Source of the DNA: Phoronis australis
Lineage: Eukaryota; Animalia; Phoronida
Direction: 5' to 3'
DNA: 64,000 nucleotides
NCBI GenBank assembly: GCA_002633005.1
Contig: NMRA01000153.1
Location: 330,158-394,157 of the forward strand
Part shown: positions 41,250-53,200 of the stretch, one piece after another
How positions within the stretch are numbered: position 1 is the stretch's first letter
How the letters are laid out: every line of letters begins with the position of its first letter
Position numbers and translations under genes: made by a program
The notes under the pieces: model-generated
What the model was told of the DNA's origin: nothing
The model's database searches: none
What the model saw: the letters and a program-made list of their open reading frames with translations, nothing else

Positions 41250-41828
41250 TTCCCTGCTAAAATGTTATCTCACTAGTGAGATAACTAAATGGGTTATTAC
41301 ACGGTTGTATTGGCCATTCGAGGCTAATATTGTGGTATAAAAGCCATTATGACAAAGCAGAAGACAAATATTTCAACAAATATTCCTGTATTTTTCTTGT
41401 CATTAGTGTTGACCTAGTGACCTATGACGTCAGCCAAGTAGTTCCAAAAGCCTCAAAATGAATTGACTAAAGGGATCTACCAGACAGCTAGAGTTACTTA
41501 AATCAAGAAAAGTGAGGGATAAATAGGTTTCACCTGAGAGTGATAGTTTTCTAAAAACCATCGAGTTTCTCATAACACAGTGGCGGATCTAGGATATCAC
41601 AAGGGGGGGCCCAACATTTTGTCCAGCTGGAAGCATTTGCGCAAACTGAACCACGATTGTAGATGCGCATAGCACCGAATGAGGGGAGGTAGGGAGGGGG
41701 GTTTGCCCCCCTCCCGCTCAGGAAATTTTTCTGTTTTTACCTCTAAAAATCAAGCATTTTCCTTGATTCCTGAAGTATTATCCAAGAAAAAAAGGCAAAA
41801 AAAAAACACGGAGAACGTGTCAAACAGG

Positions 41829-41907
41829 AAAAAAAATGCAAGCGTCAAAGACTCGAACTCACGACCTAGCCAGTTGAGCGCGAGTACGTTACCACTACAC
41901 CACCACG
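41829..41907 (-). pseudogene. tRNA-like Pol III cassette inside the hAT-like MITE
   Basis: Minus strand TGGTGTAGTGG (A box) ... ggtcgtGAGTTCGAGTC (B box) followed by a T-run terminator. Confidence 0.6.
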
Positions 41908-42088
41908 ATTTAACTACAACTCCTATACTAAAAGACTTACTTGTTTATGGGCCACAGCATTTGCGCGCGTAACCTACTTCTTTTTGTAATGCTTATTACA
42001 CGTTTTATATTTTGTGCCATCAATTCTTAACAAATTTGTCGTATTTGAAATAGTCTTCAAATGCCCAAAAGACCAAATCCATTTTTCG

Positions 42089-42626
42089 NNNNNNNNNNNN
42101 NNNNNNNNNNNNNNNNNNNNNNNNNNNNNNNNNNNNNNNNNNNNNNNNNNNNNNNNNNNNNNNNNNNNNNNNNNNNNNNNNNNNNNNNNNNNNNNNNNNN
42201 NNNNNNNNNNNNNNNNNNNNNNNNNNNNNNNNNNNNNNNNNNNNNNNNNNNNNNNNNNNNNNNNNNNNNNNNNNNNNNNNNNNNNNNNNNNNNNNNNNNN
42301 NNNNNNNNNNNNNNNNNNNNNNNNNNNNNNNNNNNNNNNNNNNNNNNNNNNNNNNNNNNNNNNNNNNNNNNNNNNNNNNNNNNNNNNNNNNNNNNNNNNN
42401 NNNNNNNNNNNNNNNNNNNNNNNNNNNNNNNNNNNNNNNNNNNNNNNNNNNNNNNNNNNNNNNNNNNNNNNNNNNNNNNNNNNNNNNNNNNNNNNNNNNN
42501 NNNNNNNNNNNNNNNNNNNNNNNNNNNNNNNNNNNNNNNNNNNNNNNNNNNNNNNNNNNNNNNNNNNNNNNNNNNNNNNNNNNNNNNNNNNNNNNNNNNN
42601 NNNNNNNNNNNNNNNNNNNNNNNNNN
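42089..42626. other. Assembly gap (N-run)
   Basis: Run of n. Confidence 1.
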
Positions 42627-43899
42627 GGGGGGGGGGGGCCCAGGCCCCCCCCTAAATCCGCCTATGTAACACGTTTAATAACACCAGAACCATTCAATAA
42701 CCTATATATATAGAGGATTGTTTGTACTGCTCCATCTGTTGCTTCAAACTTGATTTATTGAAGTTTGAGATTCGTGCTTTTAACTATGCCCCAGACAAAG
42801 CCAATTCAATGAAATTGAGGCAAAAAACTGATCATATCCATCAGGCTGGTGATTATCAGGAAATATGGAGAACACCAGCTGGGTGTCAGTGTCAAAAATG
42901 ACCGACTGATTCACCATCAAGCAAAATCAAAATTTTTCTTGATCACCTGTCAACATCCTATAATTAGTAATTGCCTGGACGATGGAAAATTTTAAATTTG
43001 CCTCACAGAGAACCGCCAATCCTTGGCTCATGACAAAAAAATTATCATGCTGGGCATTGTGAAAGACCTGAGTTGGCAAGATCAACAGAGCATCACCAGA
43101 TATGTGACGTCAGGTAATGAACAGGGTTGTGTGCCGCTTTAAGCTACACCATCCATTTACTGTCTTAAGGACCTTTCGCATTACGGATTTAGTACAATGA
43201 ATTAACACAAAAATTTCAGACCCAAGGCAAAAAGTGATTTAGACCGGTCTCAGTTTAGTATGGTACTAAGTAAGCACACTTGAAAAGACCAGACTCATGA
43301 GCGCACCAAAGTTTGTCCGATGTCTCAAAGTAAGAATTGAAGTGGCAAGTGGTTGTCACATCCGTATTGTGGCCAATGGCGTAGCGACATCTCGTGTTTA
43401 GTACGATGGAGGTTTAAAGTTAGGATGGTGGCATGTTAGTCTGGTCAAGCGAGAAAGGTGACAAGTTGGTACACTGGGTTATCATGATGATCTAAAAAAT
43501 ACTCTGACCGCAAACTAGTCTGCTCTAACGGTAACCAAAAGCAGCTTTTATTTGTAAGTAAAGCATACTAATTAATTCTACTAAACTAAGCACGAAATTT
43601 TTCTTACTTTGATACTTGGTTTCAACCACCAACAAGAATAAACAACCACTGAGTATCACGATATGTATTTCGCTTGACCTAATTTCTTATTCTGGTGTGC
43701 AAGACAGTGGTGCTGACAAGAATAAAGCTCAATCTCTTTCATTCAAGGTGAAAGTGACCTGGTCACTTTGAAACGTTGTAATTTCTGTGCGCATCATTTA
43801 AACATCCCATGCACACAGAGACAGTTCGACAATATGGTAGTCGCACAAAATTTATAAATATGTGCAACAAGTAGTAGTTACTAACACCATCCAATGTAT

Positions 43900-44540
43900 A
43901 AAATAAGAAGGCCTCCAGAGAGCGCAGTAGAAATCAAATCCATCTGATACAAGACAAGTGCTGCGATCTCTTTGATAAACTTATTTCTCAAATTTTTGTA
44001 AATATTGGTAAATATTGAGCCACATGCCAAGAAAACCTAAACTGCCACAAGGAGACACCACATCAATAGGACACATCACAAAATCGACTTCAGGAGGAGT
44101 ACTCTCCTCATTAGGGCCCAATAGCTCCACAAGCACGTGTCTGAATATGAACCAAGTTCCTTGAAGGAACCTTCATAGATCTTGAGGCAGAGACAAAGAA
44201 ACAAATAAGCACTAAAAGGAGCCACAGCGGTTGAATCCGTTCAAAAATATATGTAAGTCATGGCCATCTCAATAGGAACATATCTGAAAAGCTTGATAAT
44301 GATCCTTCAAAGATGACAAAAACTAAATGCAAAAATGATCACCACGTGGATTAGAATATATTAAATCTATCCAAAAATGGGAAAGCGACGCTTTCACTTA
44401 AACAGAATCCCACTAGCTAAATCCATCAAGAAACTTGATAGATATATAGACCTACGCAAAGGAAACAGAAATTACCACGTAGGAGGTGCCAAAATAGTTT
44501 GACTCATCCAAAACCAGTGTCAGCTGTGCTCACCTCAAAA
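43900..44540 (+). mobile_element. Highly degenerate HINE-like family A remnant
   Basis: aaaactgccacaagg, aaattaccacgtaggagg, aatccatcaagaaactt motifs at ~150-bp spacing. Confidence 0.5.
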
Positions 44541-44579
44541 GTGCCGTCCACACACACACACTACAACAACTTATTCCTG

Positions 44580-47268
44580 AAACGAGTTGTCGCTAGGCTT
44601 GAGGGCGCACTCTGGACGCTATTTAAATGAAAGCGCTCCGAGGAGCGACACTTGGCGAAATTAACAGAAAAGACAACAATAGAGATGATGGCGAAGAGGA
44701 CGAATATGACGACAATGGTGGCGATGATGAACAATTCAAGTAATGATAACATGCACAAGACGAACATAGAGGCCAGACATCATATAGGCTACAGTCTTGA
44801 ACGACACTTGGCGAAATTATCTGAAAAGACGACAACGGAGATGATGACGAAGATAACGAATATGATGACGATGACGATGATGCTGAACAACATCACAACA
44901 TTTATATGAAGCACTTAGATGTCATACATCAGCAAAACATAGGCTACACTCTTGTTCATTAGAAACTAAACCAACATCAATGCAGCTAGAGCGCTCAACA
45001 AAGGAACAGCGCTATCAGAAAATCTCGAATAAATCGAAAAGTAGACGTCCTAGCTAAAAATGGAAAACATCTTCTGAAAGCCCGTTCAAAACTCTATCTA
45101 AAATCATGGTATTGCCTTATTTCGTAAATTTTTCGCAAAAAAATGAATTTCATTTTTTTCAAACTTTTTTTAAGAATTTCAAAGTCAAATAACTCGAAAA
45201 CGGTAAATCTGAGAAAAAAATTGTTACAGGTCATTTGAAAGAGTACCTCAAATGAATCCACATGCAAAAAAATCACGTCTTTTTCTCTTCCCGTTTAAAA
45301 TCGCACTCCAGCACGACTGAATATGGGTCAACATGCGCCAGATCCGCCATCTTGAAAGCAACTTCCGGTTTTTTGGCTTTGTATAATAGCATGTCATAAG
45401 AAACTAATTCCTGTAAAAATTCGAAGGAATTGGCCCTATAATGCGCCCTCTACAGGAGAAAACGTTTTTAAGCTAAAATCGAAGGTGCGCATGCGCGATC
45501 GCCGATATTTCCAGAGGTAAACAACTTCCGGTATACTTGTAGAAAACTTCCAGTCCATTTACTGTGCCAATTCTTAGCCTTTTACGTAAAAAATTATAGC
45601 CTCTAGAAGCCATTGAATCTTAAAATGCAAACAAAATGGCCACCACAGCTGCCATCTTGGATCCGATTTTGATGAAAAACAATAGGCTTCCAGTACTTCC
45701 AGAAGAACGTGTTATGTGTAAATTTCGTGATGATCGGACGAAAATTGCAACCGGTATCGTGCGAACAAACAAAACGAGAGCGCTCGGAGGAGCGACACTT
45801 GGCGGAATTAATCGACAAGACGACAATGAGGGGGATGACGACAATCATGAAGATCAAGGCGGCAATTATGAACAAAACGATAACATTCATGTGACTAGCG
45901 AAGAAATCAAATGGAGAGCATACAATCAACTACAATAAAGAACAATAGATGGCGCAACATGACGGTCCAGTCTACAGTAGGACAGTGCTGGCTGGGTCAG
46001 TCTGGGTCAACTAGGCATAACCAAAACAAAGTGAACTGAAAGCCAGCCAGCTGCGTGCTTGCATAGGTGACCGAAGGAACAAGTGTATCCGAATATCTCG
46101 AATAATTCAAAAACTAGACGTCGTAGCGCAAAATGGAAAATATCTTCTGGAAGGCCGTTTAAAACTCTATCTAAAGTAATAGTTTGGCAAATATCCCAAA
46201 AATTTTCGAAAAAACTGAAAATTTACCATTTGTTTTGAAATTCAAAGTCAAAGATTTCGAAAACGGTAAGTCTGAGAAATATGCACATGTAGACTTTTTG
46301 AAAGGCCATACTTAACGGAATCCACATGCAAAAATTCATGTCATTTGCTCTTCCCGTTAAAAACGCGACAGCAGAACGATTGAAACCGTGTGAGCATGCG
46401 CCACAGCCGCCACCTTGAAAGTGATTTCCGGTTCAATAAATTTTTATAAAAGCTTATCAAACTTAACAAACACGTGACCAGCTTGAAAGTGATTGGTTTG
46501 CAAATGCGCCCTCTACAGGAGAAAATGTTTTTGGCCATATTTCGGGGTGCACATGCGCCACTTCCAATATTTCCGCCATCTTTGACCGAAAGTCATCGAT
46601 TCTCTGGACACTTGTAGCACATGCGTTCTAGTATAATCGTACTGATTATCAGCCATGTACGTTGAAAAAAATGTGGCCTCTACGAGCATTTGACTGTGAA
46701 ATCGGATACAAAATGGCCGCCACGTCCGCCATTTTGTATCCGAACATGACCAAAAACAATAGGCTTCCAGGACTTTCTGATCTACACGTCGTGTGCCAAT
46801 TTCGAGAAAACCGGATGAAAATTGTGACTTGTAGAGTGCGAACAAAAAAAAACGAGAGCGCTCGGAGGAGCGACACTTGGCGGAATTAATCGAAAAGACG
46901 ACGATGGGGAGGACGACGACAATCAAGACGATCAAGGCGGCAATTATGAATAACACGATAACATTCATGAAACTAGCGAAGAAATCAAATAGAGAGCATA
47001 CAATCAACTACAATAAAGAACAATAGATGGCGCAACATGACGGACGAGCCATGTCTGTTCCCACATTCTAAAATAGGTGGCGCTATGTGACAGACTGCAA
47101 AGCAAAGTTATGTTTACAATAAGTATTTGGCCTAGAATTGTACAGTCTACAGGACTTTCCAATCTACACGTCGTGTGCAAATTTTATGAATATCGGACGA
47201 AAATTGCGACCTGTAGAGTGCGAACAAACAAAAAAAACTTGCTGTCAGACCAACATTTCGCCAAGTAA
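44580..47268 (+). mobile_element. Head-to-tail array (~1.1-kb unit, ~2.5 copies) of a second HINE-like family (B)
   Basis: gcgctc(c/g)gaggagcgacacttggcg recurs at ~44633, ~45780 and ~46858; 44990-45960 aligns to 46080-47045; terminal ttcgccaagtaa is complementary to acttggcgaa; gacgat-rich low-complexity tract in each unit. Confidence 0.75.
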
Positions 47269-47559
47269 CTAGTGAAACTTGCCCCACTCATGACAACTTA
47301 CTCCACCTTATCGAGGTAGGGTAACTTGTTTTAGGGCATCTTGCACCACTTCTAATCACCGCATGGCCGCAAACCTGGGGAAGTGCGGAAGTAATTATCA
47401 GCTGCAGCCACATATCAGATAGGTCTTCTCTTGCTCTTCGCACTTTCATCAGCTGTTGATTACCATGCAGAGCCACAACTTCCCCGCCATACACTAGTTA
47501 CTGGTGGACACTTTGCACTTGTGTATGTTGTTCTGTGTGTCAGCGGGAACAGATATATG

Positions 47560-47880
47560 AAAATTGATTCTCCCAGTGGTTTGGTGGATAGCGGGACAGG
47601 TGCCAAAAACAAAAACGGCCACTAAAGGATGCACATTACCTAGAATCAATCTGAAAGTGAAAAAGTGCCACCGTCTCCATAACAGAAAGCTATTTGAAAA
47701 GTTTCATACAAACATGTCGAGGAACTTGGTAGTTACAGATGCAAATGTAAAAACTAAAATTACTACTAGAGAACACCGCAACATCCAACCTATCCAAAAA
47801 TTAGGTCATAATGTCCCATCCATGATAACAAAATTTCACAAACATCCATCAAGGGATTTTGGAAATACAGCATCTGATAC
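47560..47880 (+). mobile_element. HINE-like family A fragment
   Basis: ggtttggtggatagcggg...ggccactaaagg...aaaactaaaattactactag...aaatttcacaaacatccatcaagggattttggaaatacagc. Confidence 0.65.
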
Positions 47881-48883
47881 AAGATGAAGATCATACTTAA
47901 CATCTCAAAATTTAACTATCAATTACAATCACATGACAGTCCCATTTTTGTGAAAATTGACGTTTTTTTTTACATTCAACATAAATATTCTAAAAAACTG
48001 ACCGATAGGTGACCTCGTGTAACTACATGTTACTGTCAATACGGGGAAAACATGTCTATGATTTTTGATTTATTGTCTTGCCAATGAGATATCAGCCATT
48101 AAATACGTATTAATGGTGTTTTACCAATAACTCTCATGCCTCAGTGTTTAGGAGAACGCCAGTCAGCGCGAAAGCTTAAATTGCCTCTTGGATTGAAGTT
48201 AAAAGCACATATTTACTTCGGAATGAACAGGTGGATTTCATGGTGAAGCGTCACAGTATGACTTGTGAAAGCCCATCTAAATTATCCGCAGATGTCGTTA
48301 CCAATAATGTCACAAGTTGCGGTAAACATTTGTTGATATTTTGTTCAAATATTCATCATTCTACTAATAAAAGCAGTTTTATCCGAATATGTGCTTGACT
48401 TTTCACATTAAAAAACTGCATGTACTTAAAGCTGCGCTCCATGCAATAACTTTGTCAAGCTTGTCATATCTAGGCAATGACTGCGCTGTTGGATTACCAG
48501 AAGCACTGACGCTGTTTGTGTCGACATAGAGGCTGACTTAACTTGGTGAGAAAATGCCTTTAAAAAATGCCTCAGATCTTTGTTGTGTAAAGGAAAATCA
48601 AAATTGAAAAGTGTGAGGTATTGCTCCCTTGGTCAAAAACTAATGAATAAATGTGTAAAATTTCATAAACACCAACACACTAAAGAGAAATCAATGATTG
48701 AAAGTACTGAAAGCAATGAATATCAAAAGGCTAGAAAATGACTAATAAAGATTTGCTAAGTAATTGAAATCAATTAGGTTGTACACAACAACTCGTTTAT
48801 TTGACATATAAGCAAAGCGTTAACAGAATTGTTTATCGGTAGCAACAAAAACAATACATGTCCTCTAATACAATACATAAATA

Positions 48884-49720
48884 CCATATTCGCCCTAATA
48901 ACTGCCCAGGGCGCTTAGAAAAGTCTTTCTCACTAGAATTCATTTGCCAGAGTACTGGAACGCAATCTAACAAGCTAGATGTGCATTGTATCTAAAGAAA
49001 TTAGCACAACCAGTAGAGCAGAACGTGTTTCATTCAGCACTTGCCGGTCTCATCTGCTGAAAAACGTTCGACAATTGTCTCGGAAAGACCCATAGACGCT
49101 GTGTCTGGATGCATATGTGATTGTCTGACAGTTATTTTTCGGTTGAGAGGTGCGTAAACATTCACTGTCAGTGGTCATTTTATCAGATATTTGGCTTTTT
49201 AACACCAATTATGATTAATCCCTCTTAAAAATAACACAAAAATTTTTATGGTGTTAGAAACTGTCGGAAAGTAGTGCCAATATTTATTTCTTGCCGAAGC
49301 TACGCCACCAATTTCATGAATGGATAGTTCCTGGCTAATGTCTTTTATAACAGCTACATGTAGCGCGTGCTTCCAGGCCACGTGCTTTTAACAATGGTCA
49401 AGTTTTTTATTAATCTTTGATTCGCGGTTTTCACGAGTACAAAGAAATTTGGATTCCTGTTGAGGGCAGGAAATAGGCAATACAATCCCGTTGACAAGTA
49501 TGTTGCGGCTGTTCTGAAAGGCCAGACCATGGTGGGACACATTCCTTACAAGATAAAAAAACTTGCGTTCTTTTTGAGGTACGGCGGAGGTTTGAAGAGT
49601 TTTATTTCGTGGTTACCAGTTTATGGAATTTTTTAACGTACCGTACCGTAGCCCACAAAGTTGGATAGGCCAACTTACCGAGGTCGGTCTCTGGAAGTTT
49701 AGATCTATTCTGTGATAAAT
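48884..49720 (+). mobile_element. Tc2/pogo-like element carrying a HIRAN pseudogene (copy A; right end not found)
   Basis: ta|ccatattcgccctaatactgcccagggcgcttagaaaa matches the reverse complement of the 58543 end; interior colinear with the reverse complement of ~57340-58110. Confidence 0.75.
49394..49605 (+). pseudogene. Stand-alone HIRAN-domain pseudogene (frameshifted)
   Basis: Joined frames read MVKFFIN/SLIRGFHEYKEIWIPVEG/QYNPVDKYVAAVLKGQTMVGHIPYKIKKLAFFLRYGGGLK, the HIRAN pattern RG.H.Y...W.P..G...N..D..A..V......VGH.P......FL..GG. Confidence 0.8.
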
Positions 49721-49899
49721 TAGAATTATTCTTCCGTGAAATACAGACAGGAGTGCAGACTCAAAAAAAAACAAAATTGTAACTTGGGGGCGGCAGAGTA
49801 GTCGGGCTCTCCACAAACTCAACGTCAGTCGTGGCCTTCTCATCAGAGACACATCTGTAAATTATTTTTAATCCTTTGAGCGTTATGGCAAACAGAGAG

Positions 49900-50295
49900 G
49901 CAGATGCCAGAAGAAGTACACAAAAATAACAAAAATGACCATAAGATGGCGTAAAATCCGTTGAATCTGTCCAAAAGTGGCACGGCATCATCCTCTGCTC
50001 ATTAAAAACCTACTTCCCGAATTTCATGAAAATCCATTAAGGAACTTCAAAGTCACTAGGGGGCACAGCATTATTCAAATTGGTCCTAAACTCATTGTCA
50101 TCTGCGATCAGTCACATAGGAGCACACCCGCCAAATTTAAATAAAATCCTGCTGAGGGTTTAGGAGATACAGTCTGGACGCAGAAAACAAAACTACCTCT
50201 AGGAGGAACCACAGTAGCGAAATCATCCGAAAATCATCATCATCATGCGTCCTCTTCGCAGGAGGATTATATAATATGCCAATTTTCACAATCAT
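49900..50295 (+). mobile_element. HINE-like family A fragment
   Basis: aatttcatgaaaatccattaaggaactt, gtcactagggggcacag and ggtttaggagatacag motifs. Confidence 0.7.
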
Positions 50296-53200
50296 GATAA
50301 ACTACTGTAAATATCCATCTTGTCAGTCAACTGTTTATTAAATGACTGCGCATTTATCAAAGTAGGATAGGGATTAGAAACTCTGTGGTGACTACAGTTT
50401 TTCCTTCACACGTATTTCAAAAATCGTGAATTTTGTGATTTTTTCAGGAAATTCTCTGACTAACTATGTAGTACACATTGTGAGACGGTACTTTCGTCAG
50501 AAATTGCTAAAAAGACGTTTTGACGAGGTTTCGCGTTCCATGCCTCTTTAATAACCAGATGTTTGAAATCACACGACAACAAACACGATTGTTTTCCACA
50601 AACATGAATTTTTAGCACAAAACCTGAAAATTCTGAATTCTTTATTCCTGTTGGCTTCAAAAGTGCGACTGGGATCTTCCTTTAAGGGCTTACTAGCCAG
50701 AGGTTCGCTGTTATAAATCGAGACATTTTATGCCAAGGAATATTAACATCTTCATTTTTGACAGCTGAGTTCTTACGCTAAAAAGCTGAAAATCTAACAT
50801 GCTTTCATAGTTAATAGAACAAACGGAACTTTCAAGAGAAAAATCCATGTTTGTGGAAATGGAAATTTTGGTGAAAAATCAATATTTGTAAGAAAAACTG
50901 CAGTCACATTAGCAGTGGGCATTATTTTTGTGCACACAATAAGACTGCTATCATGAAAGATTTAAAATTATACTTTTATGAGAACATTATTACAATTTTC
51001 AAAAGTTATTTAAGAAATCTGATCCTTAGCAACAACGGTAACATATTACCTAATGTTATTTTCAATACTGAGGCTATGAATAACAGTCCTTCCCAGTAAT
51101 GGAAAGCTCTGGGCCATGTTTGAGATCTCGAGAAATGTTTTAAAAGCTTTGAACTATGTTTAAAACCTTGAGCCACGTAAGAAACACTCTGAGCAATGTT
51201 GAAAATCTTAAGCCATGATAAGAAAGCACTGAGCAATAAGCCTTTCTTAATACTACCTCATTTAAAACCATGAGCCACATTTGAAAGATCTCAGCCATAT
51301 GTAAATTCTTGTTTTGCAAGACAAATGACTGAAACAGCATTGCAGTGGTACTCGACAGTGACATTCAGAGGCAGTGAATATATGTGTAACTGCATTTGCT
51401 CCGTTAGAGATTCCCGCTACTGCTGCTGGTCTTGCAGCAGCATCCTTTTAATTTAAATATGTACCAACCCCATAATTTAAGGTTATGTAGTACCTTAGAA
51501 AACAGACTCAGGCATGGATAATGTTACTACAGGCGTACACGTACGCTGTAAAGCAATACTCGCCACTGACTTTCACAGAGATCACCACTGGCGGTCGCGT
51601 TTCCCTTCACCCTACCCTCACTCCTTTGAGACGGGTAGTACGTGAATAAAATATTTCATTTTCCACTTATCATTTATTCGTTCCTACAACTGAAAAAAAT
51701 TGTTTCAACAGATTGTAAGTAGCCCATAAAGAAGATGGAGTTAAATAAGAAACGAAACAAATGTAACATTGTTTTAATTCATAATAGGTAATAATCATTT
51801 ACCTATGGAGCCGTACTTGCAAAAAATTAATTTTGACTGTTTTTTTTTTACATTTTTATGTCATCCTAATCTTTCATTCTTGATGCACAGTATACTGAAG
51901 AAAAATACAATCATTCTGAAAATCCAAAGTTGTTTTTTAGCTATATTTGACCAAGCCTCAGTAAGTCATATGGCTTGAGTGCTCACCAGTTCAGTGACTG
52001 ACAACTGGGGTGGAGCTTATACAAGGACACTAGCTCTAATCTAACCCTGTCAACAAACATTGCCTAACTGGGCAATTGATAGAGCTGTACCAGCTGATAT
52101 TGATGTTGAAGCAAGACCAAGAATAAAATAATTCTATTTTTGACCATGTGAAAGTTGGAAGTGAAATGGTGAACTAGCATGAGCCTGTTTGTCTATCTGC
52201 AAAAAAATTAAGTTGAGTACGCCAAGTCCTGCCGAAGCCATCACTGCACTCAGCTTGAGGAGTCTGCAAAAATTGTGCGTGTACAAGAGAAGTCGGTAAG
52301 GTGAGGTGTCTTGCGAGAGGAGGCTGAGTGTCGACGTGGGTGGTGTTGCACGATTCGGTATGAGTGCATGCACGCGCAGTGAAGACACGCCGCGCGCGCA
52401 ACACATGGACAACTACATGCCGTCAGAGTAGAGTCTTTGCAGATAAACCTTGCTTCTGTGCTGGGAACGTGCCGTAGAGAAAGTAAGCTGTCAAACCCAG
52501 GAGATTTTTTAATTTGCCACTGGCCGTAACCCAAAGAATTAGAGAAATGACCCAGTGTTCAACATAACAAAATTTTTGTCGTGCAGAGATTCAAACGTAT
52601 CCCTGAATTAAAACTCAAGATATTGCACGATTTTAGAGGAAAGCAAGATAAGAAACTTTGGTAACTTGAGACTCTCACCCAAGCGCAGAAAGTGATATTT
52701 TCTTATCCCAAAGTCCATTCGGTACAGGCACATGTTGAACCATTACTATGAAAGTAGTTCTTTATCCTCGTCGCCAACATTGTTATGTAGACAGTAACGC
52801 GGCGATTTTATATAACACATATATTGGTTGATGATAATATTGGAATACCAACAAATAAGTCTGTGTAATCTAGTTAGAGAGTCTTTTACAAACTGAGTGG
52901 AGAGTTCAGATGAATCGTATAAACAATCAACACATGGTTTTAATGTGTGGTTGGCACACCAGTACAGCAGACAATAGATCAACGCTAAGCTCCGCCCACG
53001 TGACAGCCATATTTGTTTTGGTCGTCTGTCGTGCTTCACAAGTTCGAAAAAATGATTAAAATTACGCTGTTAACAAACAGGTATGTCACATTTTCTAAAT
53101 ATGAAGTAAATATCAGCTTTATTTCTAGTACTTCAACAAAAATTGGAACATAATGACCACGCATTCTGAACGAAATTTGATCTCAAGTGGCAATCGATGA

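Larger units (their letters stand above)
38444..41523. mobile_element. Putative ~3.1-kb composite non-autonomous element with short inverted ends
   Basis: tttatccctcacttt (38444-38458) is the exact reverse complement of aaagtgagggataaa (41509-41523); the interior is CpG-richer, with recurring ttattaca(t/c)gg motifs and tRNA-like cassettes in both arms. Confidence 0.45.
41578..42666. mobile_element. hAT-like MITE (~1.1 kb including gap) with apparent 5-bp TSD
   Basis: TIR CAGTGGCGGATCTAGG / CCTAAATCCGCCTATG (13/16 match), subterminal G/C runs, TAACA directly flanking both ends. Confidence 0.75.

Noticed and set aside
38537-41907. Functional tRNA genes
   Set aside because: A and B boxes are present but the cloverleaf stems are disrupted; reported as tRNA-like pseudo-cassettes instead.
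43008-43112. Plus-strand phase 1-1 exon-like segment (NRQSLAHDKKIIMLGIVKDLSW...)
   Set aside because: No recognisable domain and no partner exons on the plus strand; expected by chance.
52134-52534. GC-rich patch with overlapping ORFs and a SOCS-box-like SLQKLC
   Set aside because: No coherent domain or splice structure; more likely TE-internal or regulatory DNA.
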